Shown here piece after piece: positions 39,126 through 53,538 of a stretch of DNA of 64,000 nt. The notes beneath the pieces are model-generated. The model made no database searches. It was not told the DNA's origin and worked only from the letters and a program-made list of their open reading frames with translations. Position 1 is the first letter of the stretch, and the number at the start of each line of letters is the position of its first letter. The DNA is from Octopus vulgaris (Eukaryota). The stretch lies in NCBI GenBank assembly GCA_951406725.2, contig OX597814.1, positions 55,862,001-55,926,000 of the forward strand, in the 5' to 3' direction. The position numbers and the translations under genes are program-made.

Positions 39126-39567
39126 GAATTATATAGAATTATTTTTAAATAAGCTTGACTCTACTAAGAGAATTTTCACTTTTGCTTTTATTTCATTTTA
39201 TTTATGAATTTTACATTTTCCCCTTTGTATAGATACCCCCAAAAATGATATGGTGCCTTGGATGACTGCTTGAGTTGCTGATATCATCAGATGATCTAAG
39301 GCATTATGCTTAAACTCAATGAAAAGCAACAATGAGCTTCATGTCTTCATTATTTAATTATCATATTATTTTCAATTTTTAAAACAATTCTTTATTCATT
39401 CATTTTGCAATGCTAAGAGAGATTTGATTCTTTGGAAAACTTATGATTTTATATTAATTATTGCAAGTATTTTACAGTTAAATATCTCTCTGATTTAAAC
39501 CACTCAAATATGAAAGCCACTTAGCATCTATTTAAATGAGCCTGAACTAAATGAAATAGTATTTAAA

Positions 39568-39787
39568 CCCTTTAGCATTCAGATTACTCTGTCAAATGTA
39601 ATGCTTATTTATTCAGATTGCTTTGAATTAATCATGCATTATCTTGTGGCTTCAAGATTTCAATGAAATGATTGTCTATTTTTAGAATGACATTGTAGAG
39701 TAGATGTAGGAGGTCAGATGTGGCTGCTTTGAACATAAAACAAGCAGAATATTTAAGCCAGATACAGCTGGTTTAAATGCTAAATGG
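39568..39787. mobile_element. piggyBac-type MITE (family P1)
   Basis: CCCTTTAGCATT...AATGCTAAATGG-TTAA; same body as 7547-8183 and ~43465-43668. Confidence 0.8.
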
Positions 39788-39977
39788 TTAAACATAATTA
39801 TTGACTTCAACCAAAGGTACTTTATAATGACATTTAGCCAGACAACCTTTTTCCATAGAATTTCTATCAGTTTAGCTATAACCGATTCATAATTCTATCA
39901 GCTGTTAATTTAATCACTTGACTAGGAAGTCTATAAAAAATCTCATGTTGACCAAGAAAAAGTAATAAATTGGTGTT

Positions 39978-40295
39978 TGCAGAATCAGTAGAGTATTGGT
40001 TTTAAAATAATGCCTTGCAATATTTAGTTATATCAAGGTGGTGAACTGGCAAAATTGTTAACACGTCAGGCAAAATACTTTGTGGTATTTTGTTTGTCTT
40101 TATGTTCTGAGTTCAAATTCTGCTGAAGTCAACTTTGCCTTTCATTCTTTCAGGGTCGATAAAAGAAGTACCAGTTGAATACTGGGGTCAATGTAATCAA
40201 TTTAACCCCTCCCTGTAAATTGCTGACCTTGTGCCAAAATTTGAAACCAATATTTAGTTATGCCACTTTACATTTGAAGTTCAAATCTTACTGGG
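39978..40295 (+). repeat. 318-bp local duplication, copy 1 (SINE B plus flanks)
   Basis: Near-identical to 42650-42967, including non-SINE flanks and the atttagttat TSD. Confidence 0.93.
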
Positions 40296-41424
40296 GTTGA
40301 CTTTGCCTCTTGTTATTCTGGGAAAAGTGTTGGTGATAGTCAATATAATATGTCTGGTTTGCTTTAATTCTTTTAATATCAGCCTGCTTGAGGCTATCTC
40401 TAGTTCAGTTATAGAAGCCTTTCCATCTAATAGACTCATATCCAAATTAAAACTTTCCTTCATAATTTTATGTAAGCATTTTTATGTTCCAAACAATAGC
40501 TTAATTATTTACTCAATTTACTAATTACCATCAAATTCTTTGAATTTGCAAGTAATTTCATTATTGCAACATGGGGAAAGATAGAATGTGTTTACATTAC
40601 TGGTAATGATCTTGACATGTACTTATGATAAACAATGTTGAGGATGGCTGCCTGACAGAAAGTCTAAAGGTTTGTAAGCATAGCAAACAGCTGAATATTT
40701 GAAGTAGTTATTTTACTAAATCCTTTAAAATTCTTAGTTATTTTCCTAATTAAAATTTTCCTCTTCCCCTCCCCTCCTCCTCCTCATCATCATCACTACC
40801 AGCACCACCACTGCTGCCACTGCCACCACTACAACTGCTGCTGCTACTGCTACCACCACCACTACTATCATCATCATCATCATCATCATCGTCATCATTC
40901 TATATCTGCTTTTCATCACAGTTTGAATCAGTGCGTGTTCATAGTTCCTGCCTTCTTAGATGCCTTGCAGGACAGGAAGTTCATCACACTTGTCCATTTT
41001 TATTTTGGTATGAATCCAATGACAGAATGTACCTCCTAACATTAACCACTTTACAGAGAGTCCTAGATGAACTTTATCATGGAACCAGTACTAGAGAAGT
41101 TATTTAGTATGCAGGCAGGTATCCATCACTGCTCAGCTCTTACTCTACTTCCATTAAATTAAGGCTAAAGATAATCATTGAATTTAGGAATTAGAAAATT
41201 CCTACAGTATTTCAGTCAAAGGTACTTCTTAATAATATTTAGTGAAATGGCCTCCCCCACCCACACAGAAATCCTATTAATACAACTAAAACTGATCCAT
41301 AATTCTATTAGCTGTTAATTTAGTCACTGGACCAAGAAATCTATCAAAAATTTCATGTTAGCCAAGCAAAGTTAATAATTGATGCTTGCAGAACTCTGCA
41401 AACTCAATCAGCAGAATTTAAGGT

Positions 41425-41640
41425 CAGTTATCACTGGGAGCTCCTGCATGCTGGTAACTTAGCTTTAATAACAGAATCTTTAGAAGATTTGGAGCAGAAA
41501 TTCCAGAAATGGAAGTAAAAACTTAAAATACACTCAGCAAAAACAAATTTTTGTTGGAAGGAAGACAGGATCCTGATAGCTCTTGAAAAAAATTTGTGCT
41601 CCATATGCAGAAAAGGTATTGGGAGAAATCCTATATGGTT
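41425..41640 (+). mobile_element. RTE-clade reverse transcriptase fragment
   Basis: WELLHAGNLALITESLEDLEQKFQKWK (decayed WELLYADDL) followed by CSICRKGIGRN. Confidence 0.75.
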
Positions 41641-42649
41641 GGTAGAAATTCTACATGAGAATCTACTTCATTAAAAAAATATTGCCACAAAAGGTTTAAT
41701 CAACTGCTGTATCTTAAAGAAAATGTGGCCTTGTGTCCATGTTAGAAATCATTATGTTAGATAATATCTACAGAAGTGAATATTGCTTGACATTAAAGAA
41801 ATTAAGTGCTATTTCCAGAAGATATTTGCAATGCATCAATCAGTAGGATTATTTCTAATGATAGCCTTATTATTTTATTCTCATGGCCATTGGTACATTC
41901 CTATTTGTTGTATGTAATAAATGAAATCAAATTTAGGATTTCATTTATGATACTTAATAAATACTTAATCATATGTCTGACTATTTTAAATCTTTATATA
42001 ATAATTTGTCAACATTGCATGTATTATATTCTATGAAATGAAAGAAGCATGACAGAAAGTTAATTTGTCCTTTATTGGTTTAGACTGTCATAGCAACAAA
42101 TGTATTCTTCGTACTGGAGCAGAATCTAAGTTGTTGCTTATTTGCAGAAACTTCTGAATCTTCTTGTCAATGGGTTAACCATATGAAGTGAGGCATAGTG
42201 CTAATGTTCCATCTGCCAATTATCAAATAAACATTAATCTATCCTTAAGAAAGACTATGATAATGATTATAATAGTAATAATTCATTTTGATTATCATCA
42301 TCATTGTCGTTACCACCACCACAACACTCACCCCCACCCCAACCACCACCACCCAAATCGCCAACTGTTATCATTACAATCACTGTCATTGGCTTTGTTG
42401 TTTTTGTTGTTTGATAGTTCCTGTTTCTGCTCAAGTAGGATGGGTCTACATTATAGCATTTCCGTATTAATCTTAATACATCATCTTATCATTGCAGCTC
42501 AACAAATACTAGATTAGTGGTTGGTAGATTGCATTGTAGTGTGCACTAGTAAGGATTTACATATTACATATTAAATGGGTGTCCATATTAAATAGTCATT
42601 AAAATCTGTTTCATGTTTTTCCAGCAGTGGTAACTGAGTTATGGAGTTA

Positions 42650-42967
42650 TGCAGAATCAGTAGAGTATTGGTTTAAAAATAATGCCATGCAAAATTTAGT
42701 TATGTCAAGGTGGTGAACTGGCAAAATTGTTAACACGTCAGGCAAAATACTTTGTGGTATTTTGTTTGTCTTTATGTTCTGAGTTCAAATTCTGCTGAGG
42801 TCAACTTTGCCTTTCATCCTTTCAGGGTCGATAAAAGATGTACCAGTTGAATACTGGGGTCAATGTAATCAATTTAACCCCTGCCTGTAAATTGCTGGCC
42901 TTGTGCCAAAATTTGAAACCAATATTTAGTTATGTCACTTTACATTTGAAGTTCAAATCTTACTGGG
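42650..42967 (+). repeat. 318-bp local duplication, copy 2
   Basis: Near-identical to 39978-40295. Confidence 0.93.
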
Positions 42968-45871
42968 TTTCTATTATAGCAACCAGAAAGCAAGGAGCAT
43001 ATGCAAACAGGTTGAGAGCAGGCTATAGCAGAAAACAAGTCACATATGGGGGATATCTTGAATCACTAGTATGCCCCACTTTGATTCAAATAGATACAGA
43101 ATAATTCATGATACTGATGATGCAATAATCAGCTGGCTCTCAAATGTAAATTTAGAGATATGAGAAATACCTTATGAAACAACAACTAACTTAAAGTTGG
43201 TATTCAACACCTCTAATGATAGTGGCTACTTCAAACATAGTGGTTGCTATTTAAATGATATTTTATTTTATTGAATTCTGAAGAATGAATAATAAAGTTG
43301 ATCTCAGCAGGATTAGGACCGAGAACATAAAAGAAGACAACCAAAAATATCACAAAATATTTTGATTGGTTCCACTACAAAATCCACTCCTTGTTGTTGT
43401 GTGGTAGCTTGTGTTACTCAATGATCCTGAGTGTTAAGAAAGCAGAATACAAAATCCTGGCAGAGCTTCTGTCAAGTCTAATGTTTATTTATTTACATTG
43501 TTTCAGGTTAATCATGCATTACCTTATAGCTCCGAGATTCCAATAATGTGATTGTTTATTTTTAGAATAATATTGTAGGGTAGGTGTGAAAGGCCTGTTC
43601 TGGCCTATTTCAACATAAAATGGGTAGAATATTTGGGCCGGATATGGTCAGTTTAAATGCTAAAGGGTTGAAGTTCTCCCAAGACTGTTTCTATTTTTGC
43701 TCTTTCTGAGGTCAATAAAATATATCTCTTTGGCAAAAGAGACTGATAGCATAAATATCAGACTTAAATATATAAGTATTGGTTTTGATTTGTCTGAGTA
43801 AAACTCTTCAGGGTGGTGCCTGGGCATGGCTACAGTCCAGTGACTAAAACAAGCAAAAGTAAAATTGAAAGTAAACCACAAACCATCACTAGTTTCTCTG
43901 GATCCTTAAATGTAGAATAATTTATTTGATAAAGCAGTTGTTTCTGAAGATGGATGACTTTCCTACTTCTGACCACTCAGCCATGAAGTGGAGAGCTGTG
44001 TCTCTTTTTGTTCACTTGGGGAAAACTGATGCCAAGAGTACTATACAATGAAGGTAGTATGTTCAACCCCCTCCCTTATGACTATGTGGTCAGTAGTCCA
44101 GCAGCTTGACTCCACAGTAATTGTCCATCATATATGCGCATAAGAAATTAATATATCAAAGTGTGAAAATAATTTGTGAACACTCCAATATAAGCTGCTT
44201 ACCAATTGTTATTGAAGAATAAAAAGCTAATAGAATTTTGTCTGGACTTTATCTCAGTCACTGAATTTGGTGTGTTTAGTTTCTAATTATTTTGAAACAT
44301 CAAAACATCTTCTTTTCTTGTGTGACACTTAATGAGCAAATGCAGATTGAACAAATTGAAGTCTGAATAAACTGTGGGCTGAATATAAGGGGAATTCCTA
44401 AAATTAATCTCACTTCATTATATAACCGCCTGCTTAAACCTATCAGCAAATAAAGTGATTATAAGAAATTGAGGATGATAATGATATCATTGTCATTATA
44501 TCTTTGTTTCCATCTCAAACATTGTTCTAGGATTCACTTGACTTAAACAAGTGCATAAGAGAAACAACAGCTGCTCTCTGACCTTGTGTCTTTGCTGTAG
44601 TCATCACTGGAGCCTAAAACTCATGAGTCAACAAGAGAATCTCTATGCGATCACTTTACCTACTAGAAATATCAGTCAAACCTCCCTTAACTTTCACCAT
44701 ACTCATTATATAAAGATAGTATGCAGCAGATAATGTACTCTTACATTTTCCTAAAATTGTTTAACAGTATTGCGTTACCAAATACTTGGTATCTGGATTC
44801 ACTTGAGATACATTCCTGATAGAATGTGTTAATTTATCTCTTTGCTTTTCTTTCACTGTAATTAGGCCTTGGATTTGATTATTGTTAACTTATCCTATTG
44901 CAGGCAGCTGGAAATACGTAATCTTTTCATTTGAATAGTTGAAATGGACGGTATCAGCTTTGAAAAATCTGCTGTTACAATTTGGGGAAATATTTATATT
45001 TGTAGAATTACCTGATCCCACAAATAGTAAAATGCTAGTAAAAAATGTAATAAGTAAGACTACATAAACATGCTTATGATATTTGTTACTTCTTAAAAGT
45101 TTTAAGTTAAATTTAAAAAAAAATCTTTATATAGATTTCTATAAACAGTGAAAACAGGCAGGTTTTCAAAATGTATAACTTGGGTATGTATGTTTACAAA
45201 ATTTTGCCTGAGGTTTGTGTGGAGATAAACTTTTCTTTTTTTCAAAGTCGTTCTAGTTTTAATTCAGTGGTATAGAGTCAAACTGACCATGAAGTAGATG
45301 TGTAAATACATAATTTGATACCTAATGTGTAATAACCATTTACTACAAAGTAAAACAAATGGAACATAATTGCATCAGTGTGTATTTTAGAAGGATTATG
45401 ACTGACTTTACCGCTGTGTGATTCTTGCCTTTTTTTTTCATTCTGGTACTGAATAATAAGACGACATAAAATTTATCTTGAAAGATAATACAACTTGGAT
45501 TGCTGCCAAACGGAAGAAAGACTACAAAAATAAGTGTATGATATTTAACAACGACACAAATAACTTCTTTTATTTCTATCTAATAGAACAAGCAACACAA
45601 ATATGGTTTGTTTAACTATGCAACCTTTCACCTCTACTGCATCACCTGACATAGTTTAGCGTTAATTTATAGGTCTAAGGAGGAGAAGGAAAATGTATCT
45701 GCTGAATATATAATGTTTATAATACATACTTCCTAACAACTACATCACTTCATGTCATGTCTCGTGAATCAAAGAATTTAATCATGATAAAAATTAGCTA
45801 CATAGAATATAAACCTTGTTTACTGTGTTTCATATTTAACACATATTTAAAAATCTCCCTCCTTTTCTTTG

Positions 45872-46332
45872 CCATCATCATCATCATCATCACCATCACC
45901 ATCATCATCATTATCATCATCATCACTCTGCTACTGGCTCCCAAGCATCCACCCTACCCCAACAACAACTCAGTCATCATAGATATTATCATCAACGAAA
46001 GACTAACATGCTCATAACTACTCTAATCAGCATCATCATCATCATCATCATCAATAGCAGCAGCAACACCACCACTCCCATTACTGTTATTGCCTTTATC
46101 ATCATCGCTAATACCACTATTATTGCTAATCAACAACATCATCATTATTGTTGTTGCTGTTGTTGCCGTCATCATCATCATTATCATTATTTCTTCCACA
46201 ATGATTGCCAATCATCATCATCATTATGATTATCATTTACTACCAGTACAACTAACACAGAATCAGTCATAGCCACCATCACTGAACCATCATTATCATT
46301 ATATTACATAAATCCAACCACCACCACCACCC
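45872..46332. repeat. Extended mixed trinucleotide low-complexity tract (CAT/CAC/CAA/TGT)
   Basis: Direct reading; similar tracts at 17490-17595, 31915-32030 and 40770-40900. Confidence 0.9.
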
Positions 46333-46877
46333 TCTTTAATGTAGTGTAGGGAGTTAGTAAGGAATTCCTGCACTGAATATTGCAAAAAAAAAAAAAGATA
46401 AATAAAAATATTTAAAAAAAAAAACAACAAAAATGGTTTTCCAGACGAGTCTTCCTAGTAACAATTGTGGTGCAAATATTTTCATGCATCCAATATTTAA
46501 TCATGTCTAAATTCATCCAGTCATCTTTTTTCTTTGTCATCCTCTTAATATGTTATGTTTCATTCATTTCCCATGAAAAGCAGTGAGAAGAAACAAGAAA
46601 AAAATAGAAAAGAAAAATTTGAGAGAGAAAAGGCAGAGTACCTGTTTAAATGCTCTCTTATATTTTACTTACAACTTTTAGATTTTTATTCAAGGTTATA
46701 AAGTAAGTGCCAATGATATGCTGAGATCAATAAAATTGATTATACCCTGAGTCAAATTTATATAAGGGCCAATATGGGTCATGGCTGAGGAGCCCCTTTA
46801 ACTTAGATAAGCTCTGGAGTCAAAAACAGAAAAATATACTAACAGCAAACAAATAATTTGTAATTTTTATTTATTTA

Positions 46878-47246
46878 TCTTTTATTTGTTTCAGTCATTA
46901 GACTGTGGCCATGCTGGGGCACCACCTTGAAGAAATTTTAGTTGAATGAATTGAACCCAGTAATTAGTTTTTTGTCAAACTGCTAAGCTATACGAATGTA
47001 AACACACCAACACCAGTTGTTAAGTGGTGGTGGGGGACAAGCACAGACACAATGAAACACATACACATGTATATAAACGTATATAATGGGCTTCTTTCAG
47101 TTTCTGTCTACCAAATCCACTCACAAGGATTTAGTTGGTGCAAGGCTGCAGTAGAAGACCCTTGCCTAGGGTGTCATTTAGTGAGACTGAATCTTGAATC
47201 ATGTGGTTGGGAAGCATGCTTCTTATCACACAGCCATGCCTGTGCT
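46878..47246 (-). mobile_element. SINE family A, full length
   Basis: Tail, internal microsatellite and head on the minus strand. Confidence 0.85.
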
Positions 47247-47784
47247 TATATTATTAACTCAACTTTTTAATCCAAAAGAGTTTTTTAAAAATTATTGAGC
47301 CTTCTTTTGATTTATTGGACCATTTTAGAATTAAAAAGCCATTAAATTTAATTGACTCCCTCTGAATCAGCTGAGGCCTTTTTAAGTTTTGGGGCCTCTT
47401 CAAACTATATGGGGCCTCTAGATTTGATAGGACTCTCTTTATTATCTGATTATGTTTTGAATTAGCAAATACATCGTGGTATCCAAAATGTATTGGCTCA
47501 GGGACCCCACTAATCCAGCTCTGATTATACTCAGCCTTTTGTAGCGCTAGTGTTACACGGAAGTTAATTATAATTTTTCAGCTGCATTTTCACAACATGT
47601 ATAGAGAAGATAATGGCTGGAGGAACTTGAGGGAAAAAATTACTAAGGGAGAGAGATGCAGGCATAGCTGTGAGACTTGGAAGTTTATTTCTAAATTACA
47701 TGGCTTCAGGTTCAGTCCCACTGCTTGGGAAAACAGTCTTTCCTTTGTTGAAACAGATATTGATATATTTGTTATGTTTTAGCT

Positions 47785-48265
47785 AATCGAAATCAAATTC
47801 GATGACTGGCATCCATGCTAGTGGAGCACTAAGAGTACCATATGAGTGTGATTGTTGCCAGAGCAATAAACTGGCCGCCGTGCCGGTGGCATGTAAAAAG
47901 ACCATTTGAGCATGATCATTACCTGCGTTGCCTTACTGGCACTTGTGCTGGTGACACGTGAAAAAAAATTTGAGCAAGGTCATTGCCAGTACCACAGGAC
48001 TGGCTCATGTGCAGGTGGCACATAAAAAGCACCATTTGAGTGTGGCCGTTGCCAGTACTGCCTGACTGGCCCTCATGCCAGTGGCACATAAAAGCACCCA
48101 CTACACTCTCGGAGTGGTTGGCATTAGGAAGGGCATCCAGCTGTAGAAACTTGGCCAGATCAGATTGGCGTCTGGTGCAGCCATTTGCTTCGCCAGACCT
48201 CAGTCAAATCGTCCAACCCATGCTAGCATGGAAAGCAGACGTTACACGATAATGATGATGATGAC
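47785..48265 (+). mobile_element. Family C retroposon with internal ~70-bp tandem units and (GAT)n tail
   Basis: Repeated ggtggcacataaaaagcaccatttgag...ttgccagtac units; ends catggaaagcagacgttacacgataatgatgatgat. An inverted relative is at ~18740-19040. Confidence 0.8.
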
Positions 48266-48323
48266 TATGTACTTGGTCTTCACTTCAGCTTTATTATTAT
48301 TCTAATTTTACTGAGCTTTGTCT

Positions 48324-48354
48324 GAAATCTTTCGTCATCTGGTGACCTCTTCAG
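48324..48354 (-). ncRNA. Minimal hammerhead-like motif with intact core
   Basis: Minus strand CTGAAGA-G-GTCA-CCAGA-TGAC-GAAA-GATT-TC; same family as the 13.9-kb palindrome; stem I not evident. Confidence 0.6.
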
Positions 48355-48779
48355 TGTATCTCATCCTGTTCTGTTAAGATTTTAAATCGATCAGTAATGT
48401 AATAGAAGACAAATAATTAAATTTATTATATGCGAAACTGGTGCATTACTTTTGACCAAGTTTTATGTTAATCTTAGTTGAGTGGAATACATATATTATG
48501 TTATATCTTTTATATTTTACTTATTTCAGTCACTGAACTGCACCATGTTGGGGCAGCACCACGAAGGATTTAATCTAAAAAATTGATCCAAGTACTTATA
48601 TTTTAAGTCTGGTACTTATTCTAGTCTTTTTTTTTTTTGCTGAACAGCTGAGTTATGGGGATAACAAACGAACTTATTGTGTACAGTGCTCTGGTGCACA
48701 ACAATTCATGAGAAAAAGTAGCCAAAAGTGTATGAATAGTACATAGAATAATGCATGGGGAAGTGAACAGTGAATGAGT

Positions 48780-48925
48780 CATTTATAAAAAAAAAAGTGC
48801 ATATACTGTTCGTGAATTTCAGGAAGCATGGATGTTTTGAAGGATGTAGTGTCCCGACAACTAACAACTGGAGCAGATAGTTTATTCCACGCTTCAACAA
48901 TTCTGAGTGTAAAAAGCATGTCCAT
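48780..48925 (-). mobile_element. CR1-type LINE 3' end fragment inside a SINE A copy
   Basis: FTLRIVEAWNKLSAPVVSCRDTTSFK matches CR1 FT.RVV..WN.LP..VV......FK. SINE A tail at ~48510-48670 and head at ~49000-49162 flank it. Confidence 0.75.
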
Positions 48926-49516
48926 GAGTGTTAGACAATAATCACTCAAAGCCACACACAAACAAACATACACACACACAGATACATACAGACACATACA
49001 ACAATCTTCCACATAGTTTCTATTCACCAATTTCATTCAAAAGGTATTGGTTGGCCTGGGACTGTAGAAGATACTTGCCCAAGGTGATGTGCAGTGGGTC
49101 TGAACTCAAAACCATGTGACTGCAAAGCAAGCTTCTTAACCACATAGCCACACCTATGCCTGTAATATTCAAGTCAGTGGGGGGACTATAAGAACTTAAC
49201 AAGGCAGTTTTTTACATCATCAACCTATTAATCCCTACACCCAGCCAAATCACATGCCACTGCATTAGAAAGGAAGGAAAGGCATATTGGATAAGATAAT
49301 CCTTTATGCACTGACTTTTCTTGTAGTCTTTGATAGTTGAAGGAGTTGATAAACGTTTGAAAGTTCTTGTAATGACTGTACCCTCCTCAGCATTAAGCTT
49401 GGTCAAAAGAAATATTTCTACTTATTGAATAATAGCTTAAGTTATTTTGTTTCAATAAATACTACTATTTGTTCAAGTGGTGATGAACTTCAAATACTGC
49501 AAAAAAAAGAAAAATT

Positions 49517-50105
49517 GACAGGCATGGCTGCATAGTTATGAATCTCACTTTAAAACCATGCAGTCTTAAGTTCAGTCCTGTTTTATGGCACTTTGAGCAA
49601 GTGTCTTCTACAGTAACCAATGCCTTATTAGTGAATTTGGTAAAGAGAAAAGTGTGTAGAAGCCCTTCATATATATATAAGGTGAGCTGGCAGAATCATT
49701 AGCATGCTGGGCAAAATGCTTAGTGGCATTTTGTCTATCTTTATGTTTTCAGTTCAAATGCCATCGAGGTCAACTTTCCCATTCATCCTTTCAGGGTTGA
49801 TAAAATATGTACCCGTTGAGCACTGGGGTCAATTTAATTGCCTTAGCCCCTTCCCTGAAACTGCTGACCTTGTGCCAAAATTTGAAACCTGTATATATGT
49901 GTGTGTGTCTTTGTTATTTGTCCCCACCACTACTTGACAACTGGTTTATTTACATTTCAATAACTTAGTGGTTTGGCAAAATGGACTGGTAGAATAATAC
50001 CTGGCTTAAAAAATAAGTACTGAGATCAATTTGTTTGACTAAGCCCTTAAAGGCTGTACCCCAGCATGGTTGCAGTATAATAACTAAAATAAGTAAAATA
50101 TAAAA
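49517..50105 (+). mobile_element. SINE A with nested SINE B (49679-49889) in its TA tract
   Basis: A head, atatatata, complete B body to gaaacc, gtatatatgtgtg, then A tail. Confidence 0.85.
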
Positions 50106-53100
50106 GTTGACCTGTTTACTCCAACAACTAAGTTAATATGCAGATTTCTTTTTCTATTTCTTTCTTTTTTTTGTAAAGTTAGAATTTTGCTAAAACATCT
50201 GGATGTTCACAGTTGAACTACTTTTCCTCATTAATCTGTTTGATTTGGATTAGACATACTCTGTATCAATGGGTTTTCAAGTTCTTTTTCTTCTGCTATA
50301 GAGTCATACGCAGCAGTGCTGGCTTACTCCATGTGAAGAATATAGTGTAAAATGGTTGGAATACCATAAAAAAGATACCTGACATATATTATTTGTTATA
50401 AATCCCACAATGGTCAACTTTGCCGTCCACCCTTCTAGGGTTGATAAAATTAAGTATCAGTTAAGTACACTAGTTGATATAATTCACTGTTACCCCTTCC
50501 TAAATTTTTAACCTTGTACCTATGTAACAAACAAAATTCATTAAATTTAATATTACATTTTCAATGAGCTGGATACATTAAGCTCTTTCTAACAAGTAAC
50601 TCAATTCCAGGTACAATTTCAGAAAGTCATATTCACATTTGACTATGTTGCACAAAATTTGCTTTTGCTTATAAACATTGCTGTAAAACTTACACAGCCA
50701 TACAATTATTTTTGTGTGTAACCCTACAAGTATGCATAACTCAGCTTGAGAAACCCTACACTAAATGATAAAACAGCAGCCAACCCTCTTTCAAATCATA
50801 CCCTATTTTCCTACTTTCTTAAAAAAAGGAAATGACATACAGGTCGTTGTAATCTTATATGTACTAAAAAAATAATAAAGACAGTGATGGTCACAGGTAG
50901 AATGGCTGGTCACACGTCTTTCAAGACTGATCTAATAAATAACAACAAAAATGAGGAAAAAGTTAATGGCTCTAAGTAAATTCCGTGCTGTAATCAACTC
51001 CAGTACATTTTCCATTGACACATGAAGCAAAGTTAAATCGGGTAAGCAGAATAAAAATGAATACCAAAATTTATGAATGGGTCTCAAACTGATAACTATA
51101 TTGACCATTCTGTATGAGCATTCATTTGAGTGTCGCTATTATTTTTTGAAAACAGAAATCACAAGTAAATGAGTAAAGAGAGAATTCTGTATTATAATCG
51201 GTGGCTATAACTGTGCATGAGTTGTGTCATAGTGAGATACCAAATATATATATATAAAGGAAAACAGCCTTCATCATTTAGTGATGACAAATTAATTTTT
51301 TTGTCTATATTACTAAGGAACCTTATTTGTCTACATACGCCAAAGGCACGATAAATGCAATTTTAATTCCATCTAAGAAATACATTGTTGACAAACAATA
51401 ATGTTACTTTAAGCATATGTATATGAAATAAATAAGAAAATAATATATTTTAATCAACTATATTTTACTACACTTTTCGTCTTCCGTAAGTATTATTTGC
51501 CAATCAAAACCATTAACTTTCAGCTCCTTGGATACCGGAAGCTCTTTCTGATTACACTGCTCTAAAGTTTCTCGTGTTATTTTCTTCATGTTCTTACAAA
51601 ATAGGATATACGTGGCTATAAAGGTAGGGATGTTGCTCATCTTTCAAGCTATCGCTAACTCTTTAAAAATAGTTTCAGGTTAAAATAAAATGCTGTTTAT
51701 TTATACATCTCCCTGAAAGGTTCTTGAGACTGACACTTGCTTTGACGGTGGTAACGTGTATTTGTGTTGCGTGTGTATAAACATACATATAGACATGTGT
51801 ATGTAGGCACGCTGATAGTAGTGAGAGAATGTTTAATTGTTTTCGTTCTGAATAGCAGCAGATAGATTGTCGGAGATAATTAACACTATAAACAAAAAGA
51901 GCTCACCAACCCGTACACGAAATAAAGAGATATCTTTTTATTTTATTTTAATTATGAAATATCAGGCTTTGTTAAATACTACTGCTACTTCCCTCTGCAT
52001 CTCGTATGTGTTGATTATAAAAAATAAAAAAAACATTTCTTTCCCGCCCACTTTCAAAAAACATTCATTCATGATAAGGATAATTACTTTATAATATTAA
52101 TGATAAGTAATTTGATTATCTTTTGCATTATTAGGATTGGATCGGAATTTTTTTTGCCCCTTGTTTTCTTTTTTGGATATAGATTGCGTACGAACTATGA
52201 GAAGCTGTGACAGTTTTCAACTTCACTTAACCGAGTGTAGATTAACATTCCATTAGCTAAAAACTTACCAATCCGACTATACTAGTCCTAATGAAGAAAA
52301 TGTACGTTGCTTCACCGGCTAGAAATAGCAACAAAATCTTCCATTCACACCCTACATCATAAATAAATATATGTTAAACAAGGTTTTCCACCATAAACTA
52401 GACGGGATTATCATGGTTGCACATAGGTTCGCTTAAACAGTGTTTACCCGTGGCTAACACATGTAGTCTGTAATAGGTTGAAGCTGCTTGTAACAGAAAA
52501 CAGCGGTACTTCTATGTAGTTTTTTAAATTTTTATTTTTCTGTATTGTACATACACACCTACATACAACACACCTGTTTATACACACATACAGACATCAT
52601 ACATACATACATAAAGACAGATATACATCATCTTTTCAATATTCACTTTTCCTTGCTTGCATCGGTCATAGGTTGAGCTCGATTTTCTTCGGCCGGACAC
52701 CCTTCCTGTCGACCAACCCTTTCATGTTTCCAAGTCAGATATTTCTTCTCGTCCTTCGAATATATATGCATTTTTAAAGATATATATTTGTTGACGTTCT
52801 GCGAGTAGCCTTCAACATTTTTTTTTAATATGCAAAGGGTTTTTAACCCAATATTTACACATTATTTATAGCTTTATCTGCTTTGTGTTCCACCGTTCAA
52901 AAAAAAAAGTGTGTGTATGATTGTGACATACCTACACAAGTGTGTCCCGCTCTGCCGGCTTTGTTTCCTCATAACTTTTAGAAAAATGGATATTTTTAAA
53001 TGACATTTTCTACAAATATGGTTCAGATAGTGTAGATTACGATTATATCAGAATTTGTTGTGGAAAAGTTTTTCCGAGGGTGTGGAGAGGAATTTTGGAA

Positions 53101-53538
53101 AATTCGCACGAGCCAGCTTGTTTGCCAACACAGATCAACACTAACCTCTTTTGAGCCTATTTGATCAGTTAGTCGGCCCATGACTATAGTAGAAGACACT
53201 TGCCCAAGGTATCGCGCGGTGGGACTGAACCCGAGGCAGCATGGTTGAGAAACAAGCTTCTTGCCATGCAACTAAGCATGAGCCCATCCACCCACTCATA
53301 GATAGATACAACCCCTCCCCCATAAAGATAAAACAAGTAAACAATTGGTATCAAGTCAGATTATGACATTTATATATAAACATTGGCGCAACATGAGGGT
53401 AGAATTGAACGTTGCGAAAGATTAGACTACAAGATCAGTTGAGGAATGTTTATAATGGTTTTGCTAGTATTCCCCTGGAATACGGTAAGACCAAATTATT
53501 GCCATTAGGTGAAGCTGGATGAGAAGGTGTACAGATAG

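Noticed and set aside
47870-48100. Regularly spaced repeats resembling a CRISPR array
   Set aside because: Degenerate tandem units inside a eukaryotic retroposon; the spacers are themselves homologous and there are no cas genes.
51458-51640. 60-aa minus ORF as a complete small protein
   Set aside because: No recognisable family; kept only as a candidate first exon within the CpG island finding.
52935-53125. Possible Helitron/HINE-like fragment, and a pogo/Tigger-like terminus near 59545
   Set aside because: Only vague resemblance; no paired ends or TSD could be shown.
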